A program made the translations under genes and the position numbers. Below are positions 24,401 through 38,513 of a stretch of 64,000 nt of DNA, in pieces. Each line of letters begins with the position of its first letter. Position 1 is the stretch's first letter. The DNA is from Chlorokybus atmophyticus (taxonomy: Eukaryota > Plantae > Mesostigma and Chlorokybus algae), in assembly GCA_009103225.1 (NCBI GenBank), contig RHPI01002076.1, positions 1 to 64,000 of the forward strand, in the 5' to 3' direction. A model generated the notes under the pieces. That model did no database searches and was not told the origin of the DNA. It was given only the letters and a program-made list of their open reading frames with translations.

Positions 24401-26248
24401 AACTCCATGGCCCCGACGGCCTTTGCTGAAGCCGTGTATGCCAAACTGAATGAGACGCTCGTCAAACTGGAGTCCGTCATGGCAAGGTGGCCGGTGAATG
24501 CCTGTGCTCGAGTCTGGCGTATGTGAGTGAGGTCGTACGACACATCATCATGGCACTGGAGCGAATGTGTGGTGCGCATCCTTGCGCATCCTTGCGCTTT
24601 GGTACATGTACCAAAGCGCAAGGACCTCAGCAAGTCCCCAACCATGCTTGGCACCGCCAAATACCTGGCCAAAAAGACAAGAGAGCCAGTGATGTACTCA
24701 GTGCCACCTCCGGTAAGCTTGACTACGCTGACAGATGGCGAATACTTGCATGCACGCACGCACACGCATGCACACAAGTACGCGCTCATATGCTTGCTTA
24801 CATGCATCTGCATGCATGAGTGCCTGCCCTCAAGAACTGAACCTCACGGTTGCCTATCAGCTTGCAGGGATAATGAATGCATTGAAATGTCTGCTCAACG
24901 GTTTTGGTCGGTCCAGCGTGAAGTCTTGCCTGCGAGCTTGGGCCAGGGAAGCAGAACAAGCCGGGCTTGCGCACTTGGACAGAGCCTGCGGCGAACACCT
25001 TTTGGCAGCTACAGTCGAACTCACGACCAAGTATACGACTGCTGTCACAACCGTTGTCGACCGCCTGTCCGAGAATGGAAGCCCTGCTGTACAAAACAAG
25101 CTGCCAATCCTGTGAATATGTTTGGCCCTTTGGATAACATGGCCACAGTGTACCTTGTGTTGTCACAGCGAAGACAACGACATGCATGACAACAGCAATG
25201 ACGACAGTGACCGAGGCTGACAAGACATACTGGTCACTGCCAAGCATCAACGACGATGACGACGACAACAACAACAACAACAACAACAACAGTTGTTGTC
25301 CTTGACGTGTCACATGCGGTGATCTCAAGTGTGTTGCTGATAATGCTGTCGAGCAGCAATTGTTAACAGCGAATGTTGCTGTCAACGATGCTGACAGCAA
25401 CCTCCTGTTGTTGTTGTTGTTATTCTTTCATCCAACAGACGTTGCAGTGGCAGCACTTGCTGCTGTGCCATTGTTGTCGTTGTTGCCATGCACAACGACA
25501 GCATGCTGCAGATGAAGGCATGTTGCAGCTGCGACGCGCGGCAACGACAACGACGACGATGACAGCAACGACGACAACAACAAGAATGACAAGAACAATA
25601 TCAGAAGCAGCAGCAGCAGATGTTGTTAACAATAGCTTGAACCTGTGAAGTGCGATGATAGTGGCTGTGGCGTGGTGCAGAGATTTCATGATGGAACGCG
25701 TATCTGGCCTGATTTGACATGCAAAAACGTGCAGCTGAGAGTATTAAGAGGGGGGGGGGGGGGGGGGGGGGTNNNNNNNNNNNNNNNNNNNNNNNNNNNN
25801 NNNNNNNNNNNNNNNNNNNNNNNNNNNNNNNNNNNNNNNNNNNNNNNNNNNNNNNNNNNNNNNNNNNNNNNNNNNNNNNNNNNNNNNNNNNNNNNNNNNN
25901 NNNNNNNNNNNNNNNNNNNNNNNNNNNNNNNNNNNNNNNNNNNNNNNNNNNNNNNNNNNNNNNNNNNNNNNNNNGGGGGGGGGGGGGGGGGGGAGGTGTT
26001 GGTATTGGCCATTGACAAGCACGCCAAGTGTGGCGTGCTTGTTAATGGGGGACAGTATGTTGTCGACTACACAGTTGGCACTGGATTCCTCCAATGCACA
26101 CCATGTAACAGTCTACACGGGCTCACTGCCTGTGATATAATGTTTCCTCTCTTGTTCGCATGTTGGGCTGCTGCAGCTCATGACCTTGTATGGATGCGTG
26201 ACGGTGCATACAGAACAAACAGCACAGCTTGTATGGTATCAGCCAGCA

Positions 26249-28200
26249 TTAAGTATCTTGATCAAGTACACTAGGCGCATTGCGCCTCTTGCTCTTTCGT
26301 TTCTTGGGTTTCTTCTTGTTGTCCTTCTTTTTCTTCCAAGTCCAGGGCTTCTCCAGGTGAGGGCTGTACGTGAGTGTCAGCTTCGATACTAACACAATTG
26401 AATCATCACAAACGCACCAGATCCAGAGGTTGCCATCGTGTTCGCTCTCGAACATGCCTCGCAGCAGGCGTTCGCGGAAGACCTTATCGGCTTCAGGATT
26501 GCGCGAGCCTGACACGTCCATTGTTGTAGAGGCTGACACTTTGTCTTCCGCGGCTTCTCGAGCACGAGTCTGAAGCGTCCAAAGTGACACGTCGTGTGCC
26601 CACGGAAACCACACGTAGCTGAACATATACAATAGAAGAGATAGAAGAGATTTGTTGATGAATGCAATCATGCATGTCAGATGCATTTGGCTTATAGTAT
26701 CTTACCACCAGCCTTTCAATACGAGCTCATGGATAACACTTGTAAATAACCCGCTTTTCAGGATGTCGCCGTCTGGGTTATTGTCGAGCCATCCGCGTTG
26801 TTTGTCCCTCGCGTCACCATCATCCGCAACGGTGTATAGCTCCACCACATGACGCTCGAAGGCATCTAGCTGGAACGGCTGCACACAATTACAGTGACGC
26901 ATGTGCACGCAATATTAACGTGCACGCGCGAGCACAAACATGTTTCCAAATCTTTTTTAGTATATGTGTTAATTTGCATGCATGCAAGAATGCTGTATCG
27001 TACATACATTCGCTTCATTAATATACGTGGACTACAAACATGTGAATCAAAGTACCTGAATGATCACGTGCTTTCGCTCGTATAAGGTCTTCATGCAAGC
27101 TTTGATGTCGCTTGCAAAAGGCTGCGAACTTTCAGGAGCGTCCACATGTGCTAATCGCACCGTGATGGTCGTATCTGCTAGTATTGATCGAGATTTATGC
27201 AGTGATATGTAATGACTGACATGCTGCTACATGCGTATGTATGCACAACATGCACATCAGCGTGGTTTCAAAGTTTCTTACCCAAACGTCGAGCGAATGT
27301 GTTCGACAAAGCAGGCGCACCACACTCATTGCACTTGTTTCCTGTTGCTCTGAGCCTGATCTTGGCGCCATCTGCGTCATTCACCTCTTCAATGGTGCCG
27401 CACAAAATGGCGGGAAAATCGTACGTCATCATTGGATGGCGCTGCAAGGTCGTCTCGCGCATAATCCGCATACCCTCAAGTATACCTACACATATTACAA
27501 GTCGTAATCAAGGGTGAACGCTTGCCTATACTTGACGATCTTGGAGGCATCTATACGTCATTCACATGCAACACACGCATACGTATACATTGGACACATG
27601 CGTCAGAGCTGCCAATCATACATGTTATGCATTGATAGATCCATTGAATCTATTGGATATGATTGTGACAACATGCGTGTACGTGTTACATACCAGCAGG
27701 GCAACACGTGTCAAAGTCGCGAGCGGTAGTGATGGAAGCGCTCAAGATTTCAATGGCGTCCGCAAATTTCAGAGCATTGTCCATTCTGTAAAAGCTACTC
27801 TTACCGCTGTCGACTGGACACAAAACGAACATGTAGCGAACATATCCAAAGTAAACATGATTCAACAAAGCATGTTACCTGGGCCTTCCTTCAAAGTATG
27901 TGGCTCCAAGAAACGCAATACTGGTGCGCGGGAGGCGCTCTTCCAGTATCTCATCATCTTATCGTACTTTGGTTTGGCAATGCATTTGATTGTCTCCTCA
28001 TCCACGCCGTGCAGCAAACGATTCAACAGCTGCAGTCGTCGTTCGCGATGCAGTGAACCCGGTTGAAAGGTTTTCAACTGAAGCCAGCTGTTAACTGTGG
28101 TCGCGGGGCCTACATCCTCCATCGCGGCTTTGACTGCCGCAATCCTTCCGAGTGCTTGTATGAAGGCGTATTTTGCCGCTCCCAAACTGAACTGCGTCAT
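26249..28200 (-). CDS. Spliced protein with a Walker-A motif and a staphylococcal nuclease (SNase/thermonuclease) domain, Lys-rich tail (about 418 aa)
   Basis: Exons 28200-27879, 27813-27694, 27485-27282, 27177-27056, 26878-26706, 26618-26418 and 26363-26249; six GT-AG introns (54-208 nt), all in frame. SNase motifs: GTIEEVNDADG, VRLAHVDAPESSQPF, LDAFERHVVELY, ELVLKGWCYVW, LRGMF, KPWTWK. GPVDSGKS forms only after splicing. The true start may lie further upstream. Confidence 0.8.
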
Positions 28201-31200
28201 CTGCGCACACACGGAAATGAATTAAATAACGCGCAAGCATTGCTTGAGGATACCTCACCATGCTTGATGATTGACCAAACAAGAAGGTGCTTGATGCAGT
28301 GCATAGATTGTGGCCGATAATGAAGCCCAGACAGTCCCTTCAAGCGTTTGCTTGCGTTCTACTGAAGCAACCAGTAGAGAGGGTGGATGCGATAACGACA
28401 CATTGCTGTGCCGGGGACCAAGTTTTTTGAAGTTGCAGTCGTGCCCGCGCTAGAAGGCAGAAAAGGCGCGCTGCCAATTGCAAGATCTTGCAATGATGGC
28501 CAGCTCGAAAACAAGTCGGCCGTTGAGTCCCATGTACTCGTAGCTATGCGGATCTCGCCCTCCATTGCCTGCTGACATGCGCATTGGTTGCTGATGACGC
28601 TGTCGTGCTTGTCACTTTGCTCGCGTCCTTGCCATTCATTCCTATGCACATTGTTTGCCTACTGTTGGGCGCCAGCTTTCTCTCCGCAGCCACCACCAAT
28701 GTTGATCCATTTACTCTCTCCCTCCACCACCACCCAATCATTCTCCTGCTGCTTTCCCAGAGTCGCTCCCGCTGAACATCTCGCTCTGCCTTGCCTTTCT
28801 CCCTTGCAGGTTGCCCCATCGGAGCCTTGAACAAAACTCTATCTCACAACTGTAGTTGTTGGTGGTAGTCTTATTGTTGCCGGTGGTGTTGGCGTTGTTT
28901 GGGTGGTTTGAAAACGCTTCATGTCCTGTGGCAGCCGCCGAGCTTGTCCTGCAGCACGTCCGTGAAGCGCGCTGGCGGACATCTCACTCCGCCCTCAGCC
29001 TGAGCATGCGTCCGCCCTTTGCAGACGGCGAGGCTGAACAAGCAGCGTTTCACAGACTTGCCCTCTGTTGTTGTTGCGTCCCTCCCTTCCAAGCCTGATC
29101 CGTGCTGAGAGGGCGCCTTATCCAGGTTGGTCGCAACTGTTGCTACCGCTGATGTTCTTGTTGTTGTTTTTGTGCCTGTCTCCACCCTTGTCTTCACCCG
29201 ACTGCCTCTTCTCATCTCATCGAACGACCTGTGAACACGCCTGTCCTCATATTCTGGTTGTTGCTATCAGCGCTCGCTTTGTTGCTACTTGTCCTCTGCA
29301 GACCTGATGTTCACCATGCAGCCGCCAGCAAAGCCTCGCCCTCGGTCACACGCAACGACCTCTTGCGCTCGGCCTCATTCTTGGCATGCTCGCTGTTGCT
29401 GGCTGGGGGTGGGTTTGCTGCTGTTGATGTTGTTGCTGTCGGAACAGTCGGCGAGCGCAGGGACGGCTGCGCGACATGAGCACGGTGTGAGCCTCTGACG
29501 CGATGGGTCAAAGCCAAGGTTGGATGCGCTTGGGTATCGACCATGCAAACTGACAATGCTTGTGCTGAAACGGGTATTGACATACCTGATGGCCACTGCT
29601 TGATACAGTGCTTGGAGTACAGCGCCCCCATTTGAACTGCCAAGGCTGTTTGCAGTTGTCCCATCCCGTCATTGCCTTCACCCGCCCCGTCCGTTGTCAT
29701 CATAATCGAGGCTGGAGTTGTCATCTTGCGTGCAAAGGTAATGCTTGTTGTGCGACAACAGCACACCACATGGGAGGGGAGGCCCCACAAGCACGCAGCT
29801 GCCAGCGGGTCCTCACCGAGAAAACAGTGTGGGAAGACGCTTGGTAATAGCGATGTCAACGCAGCCAAAGTGCACGGCATGGACGCTGTTCGTGTAGTGC
29901 TGCGGCGGCAGTTTGTTGAATTGTGTTGTCGTGGCACCCACTGTTGTTGTGGCTGCGCTTGCTCTCCACTCCTAGAGAAGTGGAAGGCGCGAACGCAACG
30001 TGATGTTGGTCAGGATGCTATCCTGGCACGGTGCACGCCGCCGCCATACAGGTTGCTGGTTGCTTTTCTGCATGGCGTGGCGCCGCAGACGGCGGGCAGA
30101 TCGAGCCAGTCTCTGGCTTTCCCTTCAAGCAGCAGCATGTGAACCGTCGGTGTTGGGCGCTTGCACAAACGACGGGTCGGACCACATGATGGTGGGTGAC
30201 CAACTTTGGGGGGGAATGGATGCAGCCCCGTCAGTTGCAAGACTGGCAAGAGTGTCTTCAACACCGTCGTCCAACAGCATGACGGATGGCACGCGATGGG
30301 ATGGTTTATCATCATCACATCTGCGACGAGGCCCGCGGCACCGCCAGCAAGCCTCTTGCTGCTGAGGTGGTGCTATTCGCAATGACACAATGGCGTACGT
30401 GCACGGCGTGATGGCCTCCAGCGTGCACCCCTCGCCTCTCGTTGGGAAACAACATACACACCACGTGGAGCTGTGTGCACTTATCTTGCAAGCTTCGCAA
30501 CGCTTTGACGAGCGTGCACGCTACAGGTCAGGTCGGAAGCGTCAACGGGGTGGGTGAAGGCGTGGCGTGGATGATGACGTTTTTGTGAAACTTGCAGGCG
30601 ACCATCCCAATATGCGGTCCTCGCTTTGTGCCGTTGTAACTTAGCGCTAGAGTGGCAGCGGGAGTCGTACTCGCTTGCGCGTGAGGGACATGCAGGTTGC
30701 CAGCTCCTGACCGAGATTGTCAGGAAGCAGCCCGCCCAAGCCCATGTCATGGTGGAAATGCCACTGCTGCACGGTGCAGCAGCGCATTGAAATGCCTGCC
30801 AGCGAGCACGCAACACAACATACACATCACCACCACCAACAACAACGACGACAACGTCAACAACAACAACAACGATATCAATAACTTATTGTTGTCGTTG
30901 AACAGCAGTGATGAACAGCAGCAACAGCAACAACGATGAAACAACCACCACCACTACCACCACCAACAACAACAACAGTACAACGGGCATGCAAACAAGA
31001 ACTACCCAACAACTGAACATCAAGTACCGTTTCAGGTGCGGAGCCGTGCAAGCGAGCAATTGCGAGGTGAGACGCTTGGAGTAGCTTGACGTCGACACGG
31101 CGGAGCGCACCATGTCATGGATGCTGTCGCCGTTGTTGAGCCTGTCATCATCATCATCATCATCACTGAACACACCACTGTAGTGCTGAGGCTGCTGTTG

Positions 31201-32536
31201 TTGAATGGTGTTGTCGTGGTTCCCGCTACTGTTGTTGTAGTCGCGCCTGCTGTCTCCTCCTGTGAAGGACGGGAAGGCGATGCCTGTGAGGAAGTAGCTT
31301 GCGGCACGAGGGAGGCCAGCGGTACACGCGGGACGCCCGTGTGAAGTGTGGGGTGGGAGGGATTGCGAGGAAGGGACCACTGAGCAACATCTGCACGTAG
31401 TGGAGGGTATTTGGCAGGTAGCCCTGCGGGCCGTTGTTGTCGTCGGGAGCACGATGTTGTTCCTGTCCCACTCGTAGCCGGTTTGCGCGAGGTTGTAGGA
31501 TGATGAAAGCTCCCACTGCTTGCTGGGCAACACAGCATCCTGCGGGGCCACCTGCATCTGGAAGCTCGTTTTCGGGCTGGTTGGCGTGTGCACCTCCCTG
31601 ATGTCCTCAGAGCTCACGTAGATGCGGTTGACTCGCAGGTGTAAACTGGCGGCCGAGATGGCAAACACACGCCAGTGTTGTCTTGGACCAACCCACACAC
31701 AGCCTCGTACGGACTTACGGTGGTCACAATCACTCATCACCATGGACATTCGTGGTGTAGTCTTGGTGGTGGTGGACAGCGGTCAGCTGCATAACAGTTA
31801 CTTGCTAATCTCCGCACCCAAGACAATCAGCCACAAACCAGATGACCTGGTTGCTGCAGCAGCTCGCCATAGGTTTGAGTGCTGAAAGGACTCTGTTGGC
31901 GCTGAGGGATACAGCTGCAGATGCTTGTGGATGCACTCCTTGAGCACAGATAGAGCTGGATTGGTCTTCGTGATCGTCGCCAATGCCTGTGCAGTGAGAG
32001 GCTTGCTCCAGGAGGAATTTCCACTTGCCGAAGGAGCACGGCAGATTGTGCCCACGCTAGGTCAATGCCAATCATACACCCTGTTGGTGACGGGCAGACG
32101 TGACGGTGTCAATGGTGTAATCAAGGAATTTTGTGCGCACGCGCGCGTAGTGTTCAATGCCATGGCAGTCGTCATCAGCTCGCACCGCAGCTGCACATCC
32201 AGCCAGTACGCTGCATCGATGAGGTTCGCCGCTCTGCACCACCCACGACATCAGCATGATGATCCCCCGTGCACAGCCAACACCACTGTCCACACCTCCT
32301 CCGTTATGCACCATCTGCTGACACCTACACACATGTCTTGCCCTCAATCCCTGTATCATTGACGCACCGTGGCATGACAAGATGAGGCGCTTACATAGTT
32401 GGTAATTGTGACGCTCAGGTTTCTAAAGGCAGCACCCCGATGCGTTGCACCGCGAGAGATCGCCACACATTTGTCACCTGCGTGCCAACATGCAGCAGGT
32501 TTGATGGTACGAACAAGTAGTAGGAGCAAGAGTCAA

Positions 32537-33470
<934 letters not shown>

Positions 33471-35338
33471 NGGTGCTGAGGGTGTTGAGGAGGCACGTGA
33501 ACATGGCGCAACTGTGTCGCTTTCGCCGTCGGCAGCTAATAATTGAGCACATCCTTGTGCGCGTCGAGGTGGCGGCCCGTATGGCGGCATTGTCCATGAC
33601 GGTGGTGGTCTTCCCGCGCCCCGCCTTGTTGACAAACGTACGCGTCCACGTGAACGGGGTGCAAGCGCAACACGCCATGCAAGTGGCGCTGTCTGTCTTT
33701 GTGTCCGAGAGGCTTCACTACAGTCAGCCACACAGCTTGCCAGGCATGAATAGACTGACTCACTCAGCTAAGTTACTGGTCTGTCTGTGTTGCGGCTTCA
33801 GCTTTGGGCTGGGCTGGGCAGTGCAGCACGTCTCAAGTCAACTCTACACAACACCCCTGCTGCACATCAACTCCTCGCGTCCAAGGGGCATCCCTAAATC
33901 AACGACAGACCCAATGTCACATTGTTGTTGTCAATGCCATGCGGCTTCTAACTAACGATACGCACCCCTGTCGTCCGATGCTAGTGCACATGGCTGGTTC
34001 ATAAACAGATGGCACACAATAGCGTGTGCACGCAATTGTTTTGTCCACACGCGCGCACGCAAGCACACATACACGCACATACGCGCACACACCGTTGGCG
34101 GTTGGCCTGCAGCGTGGACATATATCTGTGGAGGGTTGACGACTTTGGATTTGAGGACACGACTTGCAATGTTGTTGGTGTTGTTACGGCTACTGTGGCT
34201 GGCGCTGTTGACCCTTTGCAGTGCTCCTGATGATGTTACCGCTGCTGCTGTTGGCGCCAATACTACTGGCATTGTTCATGCTGCTGGCACGCGCGTGGCT
34301 GTTGCGGGCGCCACCCTCACAGCCAACATGTCACGCCCGCTCTGTTGCAACGAGAAGAGGTTGTTCTGGGTCTCCTCATGACACTGCGTAAGCAACAGTA
34401 CGCGAAAGGTGCGTGCTACGAACACACATACTGACACACATCCTCTCACACAAATACAACCCACACAAGCCCCAACATACACTCATTTGAGTACGGACAC
34501 ACACACGTGCGCGCGCGTATGCACGCACAAGTGCACATGCATAGCTACGTGTGCGCACGCATGTGCATGCGCACGAACACGCACGCACATACCTCCTGAG
34601 CTGCCGCCGTGGCGCTCCACCTCAGACCCAAGGCCGACACCAACATCATCAACGCCGCCGATGTCGACGGCGTGGACGCGCGCAGTGCATTGCTGCGAGA
34701 ACTGCTTGCGAGAGGCATCGACAAGGACCGCGACACCCTCAGAGGCCGCACGAACATGTGTACATGAGGGTATGTTGTGTCACGAACGAACTGATTGCTG
34801 GTGTGTCAGATACTGCTTGACGAGTGTTGTTGTTAGGGCTAAAGTTTGCGAGCACTTGCCATTACTGTGGGCTGGGTGCTAGAGCGGTTGTGCTGCAGGT
34901 GAAGCAGATGATGGTGGGGAAAATGATGTTGGGATGGTGAGGGAGTAAAGAAGGGTTGGGAGAGTTTGGGGCGTGCTCAAGAAGGGCTGCGTGTAGGGCA
35001 AGTGAGCGTGTGTTTGCACATGCACACGCACACGCATGTGTGGACACGCTGTCTACGGCAGGCACACACGCGATGGTGGTAACGATGAGACTGCACACGC
35101 CCACGAGGTACGCAGCAACACCACAAACAAGAGCAACCCCATTACTTACCGATGCATGGTTGCACCACGCACTTCGGGACATGCCGTTATCCGTGTCAAG
35201 TCAACCGAGTTGACGTATCGGTGTGGGGCGAAGGCAGGAGTTGTTTACGCGCAGAAGGCGCATGCCAAGTTTTCACGTGTGCAATAACAAGTGCAATGTC
35301 GTTTGTTGATAAGCTTACATGCATGTGGGCAGTGTTAC

Positions 35339-36533
35339 CTCAGTGACTGTGTCATGGATGTCGGTATTTTTGGCCTCGATCTCCAAAAGCGCTGCCACTT
35401 CACGATATCGTGCGGGTGCATCCACGACCATCACAGCCAAGCGAGACTGAGGTAGTGGCAGCCATGGTTGAATTCTAGCGCTGGGCGCACGAAACTCCAC
35501 CCTGTAGATTGATATATGTATGCCACATGTGTCGTTGCCTCATATCGACCAAGACGCAAGTCATTTGCAATGGTCCGCGTATACGCGCGTACATAAACAA
35601 GACGTCACCACTTACTTTTTGAGATCGATAGGGGTGGTGGCCGCTTCGTCTGCAAGTGGAGTCAAGTTGCCCAACTCATCTTCCCTACGAGCGCGCTTTT
35701 GCCTTCCTTGACTGCTTGAAGCAGGGGTGTCACGAAACGGTTGTGTGACGGGGAAATTGAGCCCTTTCTCTGTCTTGAAAGTACCGTCATTTGTCAACAC
35801 CAACCATGATGGCGGTTCAATCGCCGTGTAAATGATCGCAACAGGCGTTTTGAGCGAATGACAGTAGACAAGGTGAGTGTAGTCATCGGTAGCAAAGCGC
35901 TTCAGCACCTCAAGTCTGTCTGTGACAAGCTCGGCATCCTGCACACATGATATTAGCGGATTGCACCATCTAAATGTTGTACACAACATTGTGTGACTCA
36001 ATCATCAAATGAAGTGCATGGTACCTCCGAGTCGTCATGCGGTAACAGCAGCTCACACTGTGGTTGACATTCCGGGGGCTCGTTGAAGTCTATGGGAAAG
36101 ATGTCAACAGGCGGGCGCACCGTGAGGATGCCATCGTCGAGAAGGCAGTTCGCCCCTCCGTCGGATGCCTGTTATTGAATTTCTTATGATAATGTGAGAT
36201 TATTACGCACACATGTATGGACATAAGAATGCGTACCGAAGGCCTTGCCGGCTGTAGCAGTGCTTTGTTGACTTCTGAAAGCGGCCAAAGGATCACGTCT
36301 TTGGCCATAGGATATGGCCCAGCGCAGTATACGCCACGACCTCCATTGCGTGACGAGTTGCGAACCACCGCGCGTAAGACGTATGCCGTGTCCAAGCCAC
36401 AGTAGATGTCGATGTCAAAGGAGAACTCGCGAATGACGAACGCCCACTTTAAGCGCTGGTGGAGTGGTGGGATGGTGGGGTCATCATTTGCTGTGGCTAT
36501 GAAGTCGGATGCCGACGGTTTCAAGATGAGCAT
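35339..36533 (-). CDS. Spliced hypothetical protein with compact SET-domain-like motifs (ends uncertain)
   Basis: Exons 36533-36237, 36168-36025, 35938-35616 and 35501-35339 join in frame over GT-AG introns of 68, 86 and 114 nt. Motifs NGGRGVYC, LWPLSEVNKA and ANCLLDDGILTVRPPVDI...CELLL resemble SET core elements. The gene model is more reliable than the family call. Confidence 0.55.
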
Positions 36534-37020
36534 ATCTGCAATAATGACTGATGTTGTTGTTGTTACTGTGTATATACAATGTTTCAATACTACCATCATG
36601 TGCAATGTTACGACGCTCATGAATGGCGATACGAATGATGCACTTACACATGTTCCAACAGATCACCACATCATGTCATGCCGTTTAAGTTGCATTTCTC
36701 AACATTCGTTTACAAAACACAAATGGCATGTAAAATGTTTGGTACCTAACGTCTAAAAGGCGTAGTCGCTGGTACGCCTTACAACAGCCGCTCCTTCCTC
36801 CCCACCTCCTCGACCTTGATGCGCCGCCATCGCCATCCTCAACGCCTCCATCATGCCCCACCACCGTCTGCCCCTCCCCGGGCTCAACCCCACATCCCCA
36901 TCCTCAGCCCCAGTCCCAGTCCCAGTCCCACTTCGCCGCCACCGCCGCCGCTCGCAGTGCCCCCACAGCCTGGCCGGCCGCTGTTCAACGGCTAGCTGCG
37001 AATCCACGTGAGTGTGTCTC

Positions 37021-37603
37021 TGCCTCTGCAGCATGTCATGTTGTCGTTGTGTCTCATGGTTAGGTATCAACGCTGCTGCTTCATGCCATGGTTGGCTTCG
37101 TCTACTTCACAGCTTGGCCAGAATGCGATCTTTGTAGCATGAAAAGTTGGAGAGGTTGCTAGCTACATGCATGCATCCATGCATGATGATCCTTGCAGCC
37201 TAGAATTATTGCGGCATGTGACTTGCGCTGTTGCCTGTCACTGAAACAAGAGCACGAGTTGACAATTGCCGCATGGCCATGTGCATAGAGATAACCCTTC
37301 AAGTCGGCATGGTTTGCTTGTTACATTCGTGCGCTCTTGCACAATGCTAACGACTAAGAGGCATCAATGACTGAAATATAAACCAGCAGCAGCAGCTCGA
37401 TGGGTATGAGCAGAGTGCTGTCAGTTGACAGTGTTATGTATCGCTCAACTTTTGAACTGATGCTGTAGGCCAGCTCCACTTCTGGCACAACCCTCCGAAG
37501 AGAGTCTTGCGAAAGCGAGCATGCATGCGCAACCACCAGCGAGTCCGCTGGTGTCATGGTAAACGTATGCTTGGCTGACATGCCTGTTGAGTTTGCTCAT
37601 GGG
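37021..37603 (+). repeat. Dispersed repeat, copy 2 (partner 14671-15165)
   Basis: See copy 1; this copy carries an internal insertion at about 37360-37430. Confidence 0.85.
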
Positions 37604-38169
37604 TGATTGCTGCCCTCTGCGTTGTGCTTTTGCACGAGTTTTAAAACCTGCTGGTTCAGCCTGAATGGGCAGTTGTTGTGGCGGCGAGCCAAGCGCTCAC
37701 AGCCGCAATACGCTGCAGCAGTGCATCCGTGATCATGGGGGCACGAGGTTGAGGTGCTTTGCATATGGTACAGCTGCTTGAACGTTCTTTGTTAGTTGAC
37801 AGCGTATCTTTCTAGAATAAGACATTACATTTGTTAAGCTGTAACGCCCGACATACGTTACCGATTGGTGAGGGTGCAGAAGCTCTGAAGCGGTGCGATC
37901 CCACAAGCATCTCGTTGGTGGCAGGTTGTGAGTTATTCACTCAGCACGTGGCGAGGGAGTCCACATTGGAGTATGCAGACCTCGCCACTGGCAGATAGCG
38001 ACTGATCGAGCGAGGCGAGGATGGACAGGACAGAAACACTGTGCTGATCCATGGCTTGTCTCGCTGCGTTTTGGCCGCGCTGCTGCTCGCTGCCAACCAC
38101 GCATTTCTCAACCAAATATACGCGTACTCCTTTTGATCGTCCGTGAAGTGGTTTTGTCATGACCTTTGT

Positions 38170-38513
38170 TTCATATTGACTATGTGGCTACAGAGGGACA
38201 GCCGGACAACGCAGGCATCTGCACGGCCTTGTTGCTGGGCAATGCTGGAATACCCATCACGTTTATCCTGAACTCGGCAGTTGCCTTCATCATGGACAAG
38301 GTACAAGTCATTCTTTACGCAAACGAACCTATATCAACTCCCCCTTTAACAATATGTCTCACTCGCAGCTGCAGGTGGATCTTGTCCTGGTCGGCGCGGA
38401 GGATGATGTGGAGAACGCATACGTTGGCGTCAACAAGCCTGGCACATAACCAGATGGCAATCGCAGCTCATGTTCTGCATCGGCCGTTCCACGCTGCTGC
38501 GGAAGGTTACAAG
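38170..38513 (+). pseudogene. Translation initiation factor eIF2B alpha-like remnant
   Basis: VATEGQPDNAG...GIPITFILNSAVAFIMDK, then an intron, then VDLVLVGAE...; after a frameshift QMAIAAHVLHRPFHAAAEGYK. Matches the IF-2B family C-terminal signature. Confidence 0.8.

Noticed and set aside
33560-33660. AGRGKTT as a P-loop, or MDNAA...HLD as an ankyrin repeat
   Set aside because: Too short and needs a frameshift; no supporting context.
37933-38160. Second IF-2B-family fragment on the minus strand (GVRVYLVEK...)
   Set aside because: Only a vague resemblance; no diagnostic motif.
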